Of a stretch of 64,000 bases of DNA, positions 28,481 to 39,995 are shown piece by piece. The stretch lies in NCBI GenBank assembly GCA_963665095.1, contig OY762069.1, positions 5,504,001-5,568,000 on the forward strand, read 5' to 3'. Position numbers and translations under genes: made by a program. The notes beneath the pieces were generated by a model, which had not been told where the DNA came from, searched no databases, and was given only the letters and a program-made list of their open reading frames with translations. Position 1 is the stretch's first letter. Every line of letters begins with the position of its first letter. The DNA comes from an uncultured Desulfobacter sp. GTDB taxonomy: Bacteria > Desulfobacterota > Desulfobacteria > Desulfobacterales > Desulfobacteraceae.

Positions 28481-30270
28481 CAGCGTATCTCCATATCTGC
28501 CGTGAACTTGAGGATGCTTCCCTCTTCTTTCTGTTCCACTTCTTTGTCCTCAACGGAGATTTCTCCAAAAAGAGGAGAATCACCCAGGGCAATCACATAC
28601 CCGGTGAGGGTTGATTCAAGTGCTGTAAATTCTTCCGTGACAACGCCCTGTAACCTGAGATGGCGCGCTTTAACAGCCTCAATTTTTTTCCCTTTCCCTC
28701 TTGTTGTCAGTTTTGTCTGCCCTGCCTTATCTTCAGTCAGGCCGGCATCCAGAGAGACAAGGGCGATGTTTTCAGGGGTCAGGGAACACAGTTCCCCAAT
28801 GACTGCCAACGGTGTGTAATCCTTAATGTACTGACGTATTATCTGTGACCGTTTCTGAGCCTGGGCAATTTTTTTGTTCAGCACATCCCGGGTTACTGCA
28901 ATTTCATATCTGGCAAGCTGTGTTTCAACCTGGGTGCGTTTGGCTGTAATATCATTTTCCATTTGATTGAACCATACCCAGACGCCGACACAGATAAGAA
29001 GCCCGGCAATCCCCGCTGCAATAACCCCCATATTGATTTTTTTATTTTTTGCCGCAATTGCTTTTTCTTTATGGGTATAGAGGAAATTGGGTGTCACGGT
29101 GTTGTCGGACAGGGCAATGCCCAAAGCCGGGATGATTCCATTCCTGTCCTGGGCATCTGCAGGCACCGTGACGCCGGCCGCAGCCATATTATCCTGATGG
29201 GGGGAAAAAAGGATGGTCCTGTCAGGCATCATCTCTTCGAGAAAAGTCGTGAAACCAGGACTGGTATCTGTCTCACCGAAAAAATAATATTTTGCGATCG
29301 GTTCATTATCCAGGTAGGTATTGGAGCAATACTCTCCGGTACGCTGGATTTTCCCCACCAGCCTGTTGGCTGCGCCGCCCATCTCCTCAAACCCCGGATC
29401 ATCCATACGGTTGCGTGCGGACAGAATCCAGGGAATATCGGTAATATTCTTATCAATCATCCCGGATTCCATAGAGGCTTCCACCAGACTGAAGGAACCG
29501 GTTTTAATACTTCTTGCCACGATCACGCCCTGGTTTGCCAGGCAGAAAATTTCAGACCGGTAACGCCGTATGTTGACCACCACAACCGGTTTTCCCCCGG
29601 TGTCCGGCTGTCCGGCAAGAAGGCAGTTCTGCAGGGCAAAAGGGGTCGCAGTAATACCTGTCAGAGAATGTCCGGCTGATTTGAACAGTTGCTGGATCTC
29701 TTTTACCGCCGTTTTGGCCCCGGTAAATGCCACTACGTTTTTCTTTTTAACACCATTAACATGGACATCAGAGATGAACTCATAGTCAAAAATCTCATCG
29801 ACCGGATCAAAGTCAATCTCCTTTTTCAATGCCCACATGGCAGCATTGGCCATTTTTGCATCAGGCATGTTCGGCAGCACCAGCTGTCTGAGTTTGACAT
29901 CCTTAGTCTCAATGGCGGCCCAGATAGAGACCTTTTTTTTGTTTTCCAGAAAAGAGGAGAGTGAGGATTTAAGAAAGGCAGGGAATTGCTCATCTTTAAT
30001 GTCTGAATTCTCAGGGTATGGCAGAGTCTGCCACTTAATGATATCTCTGGGGCCGCCTCGTTTTGCTCCGCCGGCCAGAACCAGGGAGAGCCGGTTTCCG
30101 CCAAAGTGTACCCCAAGACAAAGGTTGTATATGGAGCTGTCTTTAATTGGACTGCCGCTTCCGGATTCTGGCTGAGGTACAGATGCGTCCCCGGCCGGAG
30201 ACGGCGGGGTGTCGCCACGGATGGAATCTAATAGTTTTTCTGTTGAACTTAAATCATTTGAATCTGCCAC
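28480..30270 (-). CDS. pilM: PilM-PilN fusion protein
   Basis: Actin-like PilM region, then 'PNFL' + TM + coiled coil + 'LCSLTPENIALVSL' and 'LGDSPLF' PilN features in one ORF. GTG start. Confidence 0.7.
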   Translation of the reverse strand: MADSNDLSSTEKLLDSIRGDTPPSPAGDASVPQPESGSGSPIKDSSIYNLCLGVHFGGNRLSLVLAGGAKRGGPRDIIKWQTLPYPENSDIKDEQFPAFLKSSLSSFLENKKKVSIWAAIETKDVKLRQLVLPNMPDAKMANAAMWALKKEIDFDPVDEIFDYEFISDVHVNGVKKKNVVAFTGAKTAVKEIQQLFKSAGHSLTGITATPFALQNCLLAGQPDTGGKPVVVVNIRRYRSEIFCLANQGVIVARSIKTGSFSLVEASMESGMIDKNITDIPWILSARNRMDDPGFEEMGGAANRLVGKIQRTGEYCSNTYLDNEPIAKYYFFGETDTSPGFTTFLEEMMPDRTILFSPHQDNMAAAGVTVPADAQDRNGIIPALGIALSDNTVTPNFLYTHKEKAIAAKNKKINMGVIAAGIAGLLICVGVWVWFNQMENDITAKRTQVETQLARYEIAVTRDVLNKKIAQAQKRSQIIRQYIKDYTPLAVIGELCSLTPENIALVSLDAGLTEDKAGQTKLTTRGKGKKIEAVKARHLRLQGVVTEEFTALESTLTGYVIALGDSPLFGEISVEDKEVEQKEEGSILKFTADMEIR

Positions 30271-30744
30271 AGTTACCCCTTGCTACAAGTATAAATTATG
30301 AGGGCCGCCTGCAATTTTATAAACAATCAGCAAATAGATCAGACGCCATCGACTATAAATCAGCCTTTTTCGCTTTCGCGTTTTACTCCTGCTCTATTTT
30401 ACATGCTGCTCTTTTTCTCAAAATGGGTTTGCTTTTTTTAGTTGTATGTACCAGGCTGTATTTCCAGCTAAAACAGCCTTGGGAGCTTTATTAATCAGTA
30501 TTTCAGACATTGTCAATCAAAATATAGCATTTATTTCTATGAAATACATGTTAAAAACAATGGGTTAAGGTCTGTTACGGCGGATAATTTCTTGAAGGCG
30601 CTGTCAAATGTGTAAGCCAAATAATGGATAAAAGGCGCGTGCTCCATATGATAACATTCTGTAATAACTTGTTAATTCGGCATGTAAATAATTTTTTATA
30701 TATATTGACTTAATCATAGACTTTGCTTATTTAAACATAATTAG

Positions 30745-33450
30745 ATGAAAACATATACAAAAATTTTATTTTTAACCCTGCCTCTTGTTTTTTTGTTTTT
30801 GGCTGCCACAATAGGGATTACCTATCATTTTTCTCGTTCAGCGCTTCTTGAACTCGGGGATGCCTGGCTGTCTACGCGAATGGAGATGGCTTTGGGAATC
30901 GCCGGCGAGCAGGAAAAAATTCTTCACGATTACGGACTGGGAAAAATCCCGGCAAGTATAGCCAAGGCAAAACAGGATGCCATTGCCCGGATTAAGGAGA
31001 TAAGAATAGGGGATAAAGGCTATATATTCATAGTGGGGCATTGCGGCGCGGTAATTTTTCATCCCAATAAATACTTAAAAGATACAGACCTTGGCCATGA
31101 ACCATGGTTTTCGACCCTGACAGATAAGGGCGGCAGGCAGGTCATAAATTTATCCGGCAAACCCATTCTTGCCCGGTTTGGCTATTTTACCCCATGGGAC
31201 TGGTATATTCTGGCTGTGGATCCCATAGAAGAAGTTTACGGGGCAATCAACCGGGTGCAGCCGTACCTGTATGCCCTGTTCATTTTTGCAGCCGCCACTA
31301 TTTCCCTGGCTTTGATGCTTTTAACCGCCCGGCTGACCAGACCGCTGAAAGAACTGCTTTCAGGAACCCAGGCCTTTGGAAAAGGCAAGCTTGACACCAG
31401 AATCAATATCCGGTCAGATGATGAATTCGGACTTCTGGCAAAAGAGTTTAACCGGATGGCATTCCGGCTTCAGGACAGTCTTACGGCACTGAAACAGAAT
31501 GAAGAACATTTCAGGGCACTGATTGAAAATGCCAGCGATATGGTCTGGATTTTAGACAGTCAGGGGGTTTTTCAATATGTCAGCCCTTCCACCTTCCGAA
31601 TTCTTGGGTATCCTCCAAAAACGCTTATAGGACAGTACGCCGGGGATTATGTGCATCCCCAGGACAGGGAGCAGCTTGCTGAAAGATTTTCGCTCAGGGT
31701 CGAGTCCCTTATCCAGGCTCAGCCCACCGAGCTTCGATTCAGGCATGAGGCAAATTACTGGTGCGCCCTTGAATCCATTTCGAAAAATCTGCTTGACCAT
31801 CCGACTGTTAAAGGGATGATCGTCAATTCAAGGGATATCTCCAAACGCAAACAGATAGAACAGGCCCTGAAACTGTCCCATCAGGAGCTTGAAAACAGGG
31901 TCAAGGCACGCACCAGGGAGCTGCAGGCCACCAACAAGGCCCTGAACAATGAAATTCATATCCGCAAACAAAAGGAAAAGGAGCTTGAACTGGCAGGTCA
32001 GGCAAAAAACGAGTTCCTTGCCAATGTCAGCCATGAAATCCGGACTCCTCTGAATGCCATACTGGGATTCAGCGAACTTTTATCAACAATGATCACTGAC
32101 GACCCGCAGTCCGGATACCTTGCCGCCATTAACACGGCAGGAAAAAACCTGTCCGATCTGATTAATAACATTCTGGACCTGTCCAAGATGGAAGCAGGCA
32201 AAGTGAAGCTTAACCTGGCTCCGGTGGCTCTGGAGGCTTTGTTTAAAGAAATTTACCGGCTCTTCAAAGTAAAACTGCTGGATAAAAATTTGGATTTTAC
32301 CATAGAGATGCCTGAAAGTGGCATCGGTGCACTGGCCCTGGATGAAATGCGGCTTCGCCAGGTGATCACCAACCTGGTGGGCAATGCCCTGAAGTTCACC
32401 GAGAACGGCACCATCACACTGAAAGCCCTTATAACCAGGGCCGCTGAAAGTCCGGATAAATTTGCCGATCTTACCATTCAAGTAACAGACACCGGCATCG
32501 GTATCAGCCAGACAAAGCAGGAAATCATTTTTGAGGCATTTGAACAGGGCTTTTCCGGAACCAGTCGAAAATTTGGCGGCACCGGTTTGGGACTTGCCAT
32601 CTGCAGGCAGCTCACAACCCTGATGGGCGGGCAGCTTTCCGTGTCAAGCAGGCCTGGGGAAGGCAGTGTATTCACCATCTTCCTGCCGGGTGTGGCAGTT
32701 TACCAGAGCCGTCTTCCGGAACCGGTCAACCCCAAACATAGCCTGAACCGCATACATTTTTCCAAACAGTGCATTCTTGTGGTGGATGATCAGCGGGATA
32801 TCCGGTTTATGCTCAAAGAAATTTTAGAAAAAATAAATCTGGTGGTAATTGAGGCGGAAAATGGCAGTCAGGCAGTTGAAAGTGCTAAAACCATGATGCC
32901 TGCTTTGATTCTTATGGATTTAAAGATGCCCGGTGTTGATGGTTTGCATGCTGTCTCTATTTTGAAAAAAGATCCGGCTGTCTCGCATATTCCTGTCTGC
33001 CTGATGACCGCCGGTATGACCTTATGGGCAGAAGAAGAGCTGACCGCCCACGGATTTGCCAGTGCCATTATCAAGCCCATTGTCATTGACAGTCTTATCA
33101 AAATATTAACCCGGTTTATCAATCCCGCACCGGTAACACCTCCCTGCCAGCCCTCACTTCTCTGCCGGCTGGACAGTTTGGAGATCGACTGCCTGCCTGA
33201 CGGGTTGCCCGACACGCTGCGCAATGAAATTCTGCCCCATGTGCCAGACCTTGAAGATGCGGTTAAAATGTCTGATGTTCAGCGGTTTGCCGCCAGGGTT
33301 TCAGAAACAGGCAAAGCCTTTGACATTGACGTGTTAACTTCATTTGGAAAAGAGCTTTTACAACAGTCACAGGCGTTTGACATAGAAAAAATTGAGTCAA
33401 GCCTGATCTGTTTTACTGAAACTGCTAAACGGCTGTCCAAAAGATCTTAG
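30745..33450 (+). CDS. Hybrid sensor histidine kinase (Cache-HAMP-PAS-HisKA-HATPase-REC)
   Basis: GYIFIV (Cache), DEFGLLAKEFN (HAMP), PAS, SHEIRTPLNAI, NLVGNALKFT, DTGIGI, GTGLGLAI, VVDD...LMDLKMP. Confidence 0.93.
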   Translation: MKTYTKILFLTLPLVFLFLAATIGITYHFSRSALLELGDAWLSTRMEMALGIAGEQEKILHDYGLGKIPASIAKAKQDAIARIKEIRIGDKGYIFIVGHCGAVIFHPNKYLKDTDLGHEPWFSTLTDKGGRQVINLSGKPILARFGYFTPWDWYILAVDPIEEVYGAINRVQPYLYALFIFAAATISLALMLLTARLTRPLKELLSGTQAFGKGKLDTRINIRSDDEFGLLAKEFNRMAFRLQDSLTALKQNEEHFRALIENASDMVWILDSQGVFQYVSPSTFRILGYPPKTLIGQYAGDYVHPQDREQLAERFSLRVESLIQAQPTELRFRHEANYWCALESISKNLLDHPTVKGMIVNSRDISKRKQIEQALKLSHQELENRVKARTRELQATNKALNNEIHIRKQKEKELELAGQAKNEFLANVSHEIRTPLNAILGFSELLSTMITDDPQSGYLAAINTAGKNLSDLINNILDLSKMEAGKVKLNLAPVALEALFKEIYRLFKVKLLDKNLDFTIEMPESGIGALALDEMRLRQVITNLVGNALKFTENGTITLKALITRAAESPDKFADLTIQVTDTGIGISQTKQEIIFEAFEQGFSGTSRKFGGTGLGLAICRQLTTLMGGQLSVSSRPGEGSVFTIFLPGVAVYQSRLPEPVNPKHSLNRIHFSKQCILVVDDQRDIRFMLKEILEKINLVVIEAENGSQAVESAKTMMPALILMDLKMPGVDGLHAVSILKKDPAVSHIPVCLMTAGMTLWAEEELTAHGFASAIIKPIVIDSLIKILTRFINPAPVTPPCQPSLLCRLDSLEIDCLPDGLPDTLRNEILPHVPDLEDAVKMSDVQRFAARVSETGKAFDIDVLTSFGKELLQQSQAFDIEKIESSLICFTETAKRLSKRS

Positions 33451-33462
33451 CCCGGAATTTGT

Positions 33463-33645
33463 ATCCGGCTGGCAGCCAATGAGTTAATCCAGAACGAGTC
33501 TGACCTGGCCAACCAGGAACTTTCCTATGAAAGTACCCTGAACAGCCTGGACAGCTACCGGATAGCCCTGCTCAAGGTCTTGAATCTGGTTTCTGGCCAC
33601 CACCACAGACACCTGGAAAATTGATTACAACGAGGAAAACGACCA
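33463..33645 (+). pseudogene. TolC-family outer-membrane factor fragments
   Basis: Manual translation RLAANELIQNESDLANQELSYESTLNSLDSYRIALLKVLNL joined out of frame to FLATTTDTWKIDY. No start codon; precedes an adaptor/ABC relic. Confidence 0.45.
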
Positions 33646-35818
<2,173 letters not shown>

Positions 35819-35905
35819 CAAACGCTGGCACGGTCACGGCCAGGTTGCATCTGTTAAGGCGGCAGGTCCGGAGGAAACAGATAATCAGGATAAGAATGGT
35901 CCTAA

Positions 35906-37432
35906 TTAATCACGGTCTGACCCCATTGCCTTTATAATGGCCTGGACATCCACATGTTTTTCAAAATGGCGGGCCAGCATGTCATACTGTTTGTTCCTGG
36001 CCTGAAGGCCGCACTCATCCGGGACTTCCAAATTTCCTAATCCCAAAAGGCCCAGCCATTTTTTCAGGATGGGGGCGGCATCGAACAGCCCGTGCATGTA
36101 AGTGCCCATGATGCGGCCGGAGCATGCCATGGCCCCGTCAAAATCATTGCAGGGGGTCTGGTTTCTCTCTTTTACGTTTAGAAGTCCGTTGCTGGGCGCG
36201 TTTCCGTGTGCAATCTGGTCAGCGGAACCTGTTTGTCCCATGTGAATTTCATAGCCAAGGCCGGGGGTGCCGTCCCATTCAAACCTGGAGACGGTGGTGG
36301 TCTTGGGGGCTTTAAGCACTGTTTCAAGGGGCAGCAGATCTAAACCGTCTGTGGCACCGGGGGCGCCTTCAAGGCCGTGGGGGTCATGTACTTTGGTGCC
36401 CAGCATCTGGTAGCCGCCGCACACTCCTAACACATGGCCGCCGTTTTCAGCATAGGCTTTGATTTTTGCGGTCCAGCCGGTTTTTGCAAGCCAGTTAAGG
36501 TCACTGCAGGTACTCTTGGAACCGGGCAGGATCACGGCTTTGTAAGCAGACAGATCTAAAGGATGCGCCACAAAATTAACACTTAGGCCCTCCACCTGGA
36601 ACAGCGGGTCAAAATCGGTGAAATTGGAGATGTGTGGCGTTCTTACCACAAGTACTGTGGGGGTTTGGGACGGATCTGTTTTGGCAAGGGAGTGTTCAAT
36701 CACCACAGAATCTTCGTTGGGGATGTGGTGCTTTACCCAGGGCAGTACGCCAAATACGGGCTTGCCGGTCTTTTTTTCAATCCACGCCACGCCCTCTTTA
36801 AACAGGGCGATATCGCCCCTGAACCGGTTGATGATAACGCCTGCAATCTGTGCCTGTTCCGCCTTGTTCAGGCATTCAAGTGTGCCTACGATCTGGGCGA
36901 ACACCCCGCCCCGGTCAATGTCTGCGGTGAGGAGCACCGGTGCATGGGCATAATCGGCCATCTTGAGATTGACAATGTCCTTGGACATCAGATTGACTTC
37001 GGCGCAGGAGCCCGCCCCCTCCAGCACCACCACATCGTTGGCCGCGCGCAGCCGGTCCAGGGCATTGCAGGCCGTATCCCACAAGCGTTCCTTTTCCTGG
37101 TGGTACTCCACGGCGGACAGGTCCTTATGCACCTTTCCCAGCAGCACCACCTGGGAGCCGATCTGGGTGACGGGCTTGAGCAGCACCGGGTTCATGTCCA
37201 CATGGGGGGCAATGCGGGCTGCCTCGGCTTGAACAATTTGGGCCCGGCCCATTTCAAGGCCTTCCGGGGTGACGCCTGAGTTGTTGGACATATTCTGGGC
37301 TTTGTAGGGGGCCACCTTTTTCCCTGCATCGGAAAAAATCCGGCAAAGCGCTGTTGCCACCATACTTTTTCCTACATCGGAACCCGTACCAAATGCTGCG
37401 ATACACTTTGCTTTCGTTTTTTCAGAACTCAT
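35906..37432 (-). CDS. cobQ: Cobyric acid synthase
   Basis: GTGSDVGKS, KAQNMSNNS, EGAGS, DIDRGGVFA, GVCGGYQMLG, GYEIHMG, GTYMHGLF. Confidence 0.95.
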   Translation of the reverse strand: MSSEKTKAKCIAAFGTGSDVGKSMVATALCRIFSDAGKKVAPYKAQNMSNNSGVTPEGLEMGRAQIVQAEAARIAPHVDMNPVLLKPVTQIGSQVVLLGKVHKDLSAVEYHQEKERLWDTACNALDRLRAANDVVVLEGAGSCAEVNLMSKDIVNLKMADYAHAPVLLTADIDRGGVFAQIVGTLECLNKAEQAQIAGVIINRFRGDIALFKEGVAWIEKKTGKPVFGVLPWVKHHIPNEDSVVIEHSLAKTDPSQTPTVLVVRTPHISNFTDFDPLFQVEGLSVNFVAHPLDLSAYKAVILPGSKSTCSDLNWLAKTGWTAKIKAYAENGGHVLGVCGGYQMLGTKVHDPHGLEGAPGATDGLDLLPLETVLKAPKTTTVSRFEWDGTPGLGYEIHMGQTGSADQIAHGNAPSNGLLNVKERNQTPCNDFDGAMACSGRIMGTYMHGLFDAAPILKKWLGLLGLGNLEVPDECGLQARNKQYDMLARHFEKHVDVQAIIKAMGSDRD

Positions 37433-38283
37433 ATCTCATACTTTTTGCTGTAACCCCTCGGGGTGATCATCAGATCATTGTAAATAAAGGTGGCGCTGTT
37501 TCCCACAATCACGATGCTCTGCATGCCGACCTCGGCCTTGTCCAGGTCCTGGAGGGCACACAGGGCCACTTTCTGGTTTTCCCGCATGGCACCGGTGACA
37601 ATGCCCACAGGGGTGGTGCCCGCCCGGTGTTTAAGGATAATCTCCATGGCCCGGTTAAGCTGCCAGTCACGCTTCTTGCTCTTGGGGTTATAGATATTGA
37701 TGACGAAATCCGCAGAGGCAGCGGCTTCCAGCCGTTTTTCAATGATCTCCCAGGGGGTGAGCAGGTCACTTAAGGAGACCGCGCAAAAATCATGGGTCAA
37801 AGGTGCCCCTAAAAGTGCTGCCCCGGCTGCCAGCGCCGGAATCCCGGGCACCACCTCAACACAAAGACTGCCCTTTTCGCCGGTGTTGCAGGAAATTTCC
37901 TTTATCGCCAGCATCTCTAAAACCAGCCCTGCCATGGCGTAAATTCCTGCATCCCCGCCGGAAACCAGGGCACAGGACTTGCCCTCAAGGGCCGTATCAA
38001 TGGCTGCCTGGACACGGTCCACCTCCTTGGTCATGCCGGTGGCCAGTGTCTCTTTGCCCTTGATCACATCTTCAATCAGTTCCAGATAGGTCTTGTATCC
38101 CACCACGATCTCGGCAGCCTCCAGGACCTTTCGCGCCCGGCCCGACATATGGTCGGAGTTCCCCGGGCCTGTGCCGACTATGTAAAGGGTATTGCCGCAA
38201 TGGCAAGAGTTACTGTTCTGCTGGCTGTTTTCGGTGTTAACAGAGTCGTCTGGCCCGTTGCCAGTATGGCTGCTGCTTCGCAT
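37429..38283 (-). CDS. cbiH: Cobalt-precorrin-3 C17-methyltransferase
   Basis: LYIVGTGPG, SGGDAGIYAMAG, SLSDLLTPW, YNPKS, MITPRGY. Start is uncertain and overlaps cbiG. Confidence 0.92.
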   Translation of the reverse strand: MRSSSHTGNGPDDSVNTENSQQNSNSCHCGNTLYIVGTGPGNSDHMSGRARKVLEAAEIVVGYKTYLELIEDVIKGKETLATGMTKEVDRVQAAIDTALEGKSCALVSGGDAGIYAMAGLVLEMLAIKEISCNTGEKGSLCVEVVPGIPALAAGAALLGAPLTHDFCAVSLSDLLTPWEIIEKRLEAAASADFVINIYNPKSKKRDWQLNRAMEIILKHRAGTTPVGIVTGAMRENQKVALCALQDLDKAEVGMQSIVIVGNSATFIYNDLMITPRGYSKKYEI

Positions 38284-39233
38284 ACGCTGTCCACTCCTAT
38301 ATGTTTATTGACCCGGGAAGAGGGATTGGGCACGTTCTTCACCTGGTCCAGTTGATCTCTTGTATAAAATTCAATGGGTACATGTAACGTCCGGGCAAGT
38401 TCCAGCAGGCCCGGTTCATCCGCCTTAAGGTCCACGGATACGATTTTGGCAAGGCTGTTAAGGGAAAATCCCTGGGCGTGAAAAACCTGTCGTAAATGAT
38501 TTTCAAGGTCCTTTCGGGAAACGCCCCGCCGGCAGCCCATGCCTGCCACCAGCATTTTGGGCCGCAGCACCAGGACCTTTTTCGGCAGATCACATACTTT
38601 GTAGTCCACCCAGACCCCTGTTTTTTCATGAGTAAAGCCGGAAGGATCTTCAACCAGCGCTTCCGGCAGCAGAGGCGTGACCCGCCCGAATGGGTCATGA
38701 ACAGGCACCGGCTCCTTATTGATAAAAGCCATGCTTACATGTTTGATGGCTGCTTTATTCTCAATAAAAAGATTCAAGTCCCTGGCAATCACATCAATGC
38801 CCGGCACCTGGTTGACGTCTGTGGCCGTGGTGATCACCGGCCGGGCTTCCAGTATTTCGGAAAGGACTGCCGCAAGCTCATTGGCCCCGCCGATATGGCC
38901 GGAAACCAGGCTGATAACAAAATTGCCACCCTCGTCCCCGCACACCACGGCCGGATCTTTTGTTTTATCCTGAAGCAGAGGCGCAATGGTCCGCACCACA
39001 ATGCCCGTGGCCATGACGAAATAGTGGGCATCGTAATGATCCCAGACCGGTGCAAGCGCCTTGGCCAGGGAGGAAAAACGGGTGCAGGTATCCGGGCAGG
39101 CATCATCGGGCAAAAGCTTAACTGAAGCAAACAGGTCTGCCTTGGGCAGAGCCTGTTTCACCTGATTGGCCAACCCCATCCCCCTGGGGGTCATCGCCCA
39201 CACCGCAACTTTTTTATCGGCCCAGTCGATCAC
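38178..39233 (-). CDS. cbiG: Cobalt-precorrin-5A hydrolase
   Basis: MATGIVVR, KTKDPAVV, SGHIGGAN, ITTATD, GMGCRRG, SVCEAAA. Confidence 0.93.
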   Translation of the reverse strand: MIDWADKKVAVWAMTPRGMGLANQVKQALPKADLFASVKLLPDDACPDTCTRFSSLAKALAPVWDHYDAHYFVMATGIVVRTIAPLLQDKTKDPAVVCGDEGGNFVISLVSGHIGGANELAAVLSEILEARPVITTATDVNQVPGIDVIARDLNLFIENKAAIKHVSMAFINKEPVPVHDPFGRVTPLLPEALVEDPSGFTHEKTGVWVDYKVCDLPKKVLVLRPKMLVAGMGCRRGVSRKDLENHLRQVFHAQGFSLNSLAKIVSVDLKADEPGLLELARTLHVPIEFYTRDQLDQVKNVPNPSSRVNKHIGVDSVCEAAAILATGQTTLLTPKTASRTVTLAIAAIPFT

Positions 39234-39994
39234 GCCTTGTCCCGGTATCCATGGGCAAAGGCCCGGTCATAAAGAAGGGATTTCACATCCTTTTCCGTTT
39301 CCAGAAAAGGCCCTATAATAATAAGTGCCAGCCGGTTGATTCCGTTCTCTGCCATGGTTTCGGCCAGCCGGTCCACAATGGTGATAATAATGCGCTCTTC
39401 GGGATGGCTCACCCGGTAGGCCACAGCCACCGGGGCTTCAGGCCCGTAGGTGGCGGCCAGGATTTTTTCCACCTCTTCAGCCATGCCGGAGCTTAAGTAA
39501 ATGGCCATGGAGGCTTTATGGGCGGCCAGACTTTCCAAGGATTCCTTTTCCGGTACCGGAGTCCGGCCTGCAATACGGGTGAAGATCAGGGTCTGGGATT
39601 TTTCCGGCACCGTGTACTCGGTCTTGAGTGCCGCAGCGGCAGCAAAGGCAGCCGTGACCCCGGGGATCACCTCATAGGGAACCTCCTGCTGGTCCAGCAG
39701 CACCATCTGCTCGGCAATGGCCCCGTACAAAGCAGGATCGCCTGTGTGCAGCCGCACCACCTTAAGCCCCTTTTCATAGGCGTCAACCATGCTCTCCACC
39801 ATCTCGTCAAGATGCATGCCGGCGCTGGATTCTTTTCTGGCCTTTTCTCCGGCCCAGGTCAGCACGGCCTCGGGCACCAGGGACCCGGCATAGAGGATAT
39901 AGTCTGCCGCTTCCAGGGCTTTCATGCCCCTGACCGTGATCAGGTCAGGTGCTCCCGGCCCTGCACCGGCAAATATTATGGGATGTTTTTTCAT
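39230..39994 (-). CDS. cbiF: Cobalt-precorrin-4 C11-methyltransferase
   Basis: GAGPGAPDLIT, YAGSLV, RLHTGDP, SQTLIFTR, AYRVSHPEE. Confidence 0.93.
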   Translation of the reverse strand: MKKHPIIFAGAGPGAPDLITVRGMKALEAADYILYAGSLVPEAVLTWAGEKARKESSAGMHLDEMVESMVDAYEKGLKVVRLHTGDPALYGAIAEQMVLLDQQEVPYEVIPGVTAAFAAAAALKTEYTVPEKSQTLIFTRIAGRTPVPEKESLESLAAHKASMAIYLSSGMAEEVEKILAATYGPEAPVAVAYRVSHPEERIIITIVDRLAETMAENGINRLALIIIGPFLETEKDVKSLLYDRAFAHGYRDKA

Positions 39995-39995
39995 G

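Noticed and set aside
21037..30270. Type II secretion system
   Set aside because: A separately promoted major pilin, PilT, PilM/N/O-like genes and MshEN favour a type IV pilus; no GspC/L/M-like set was recognised.
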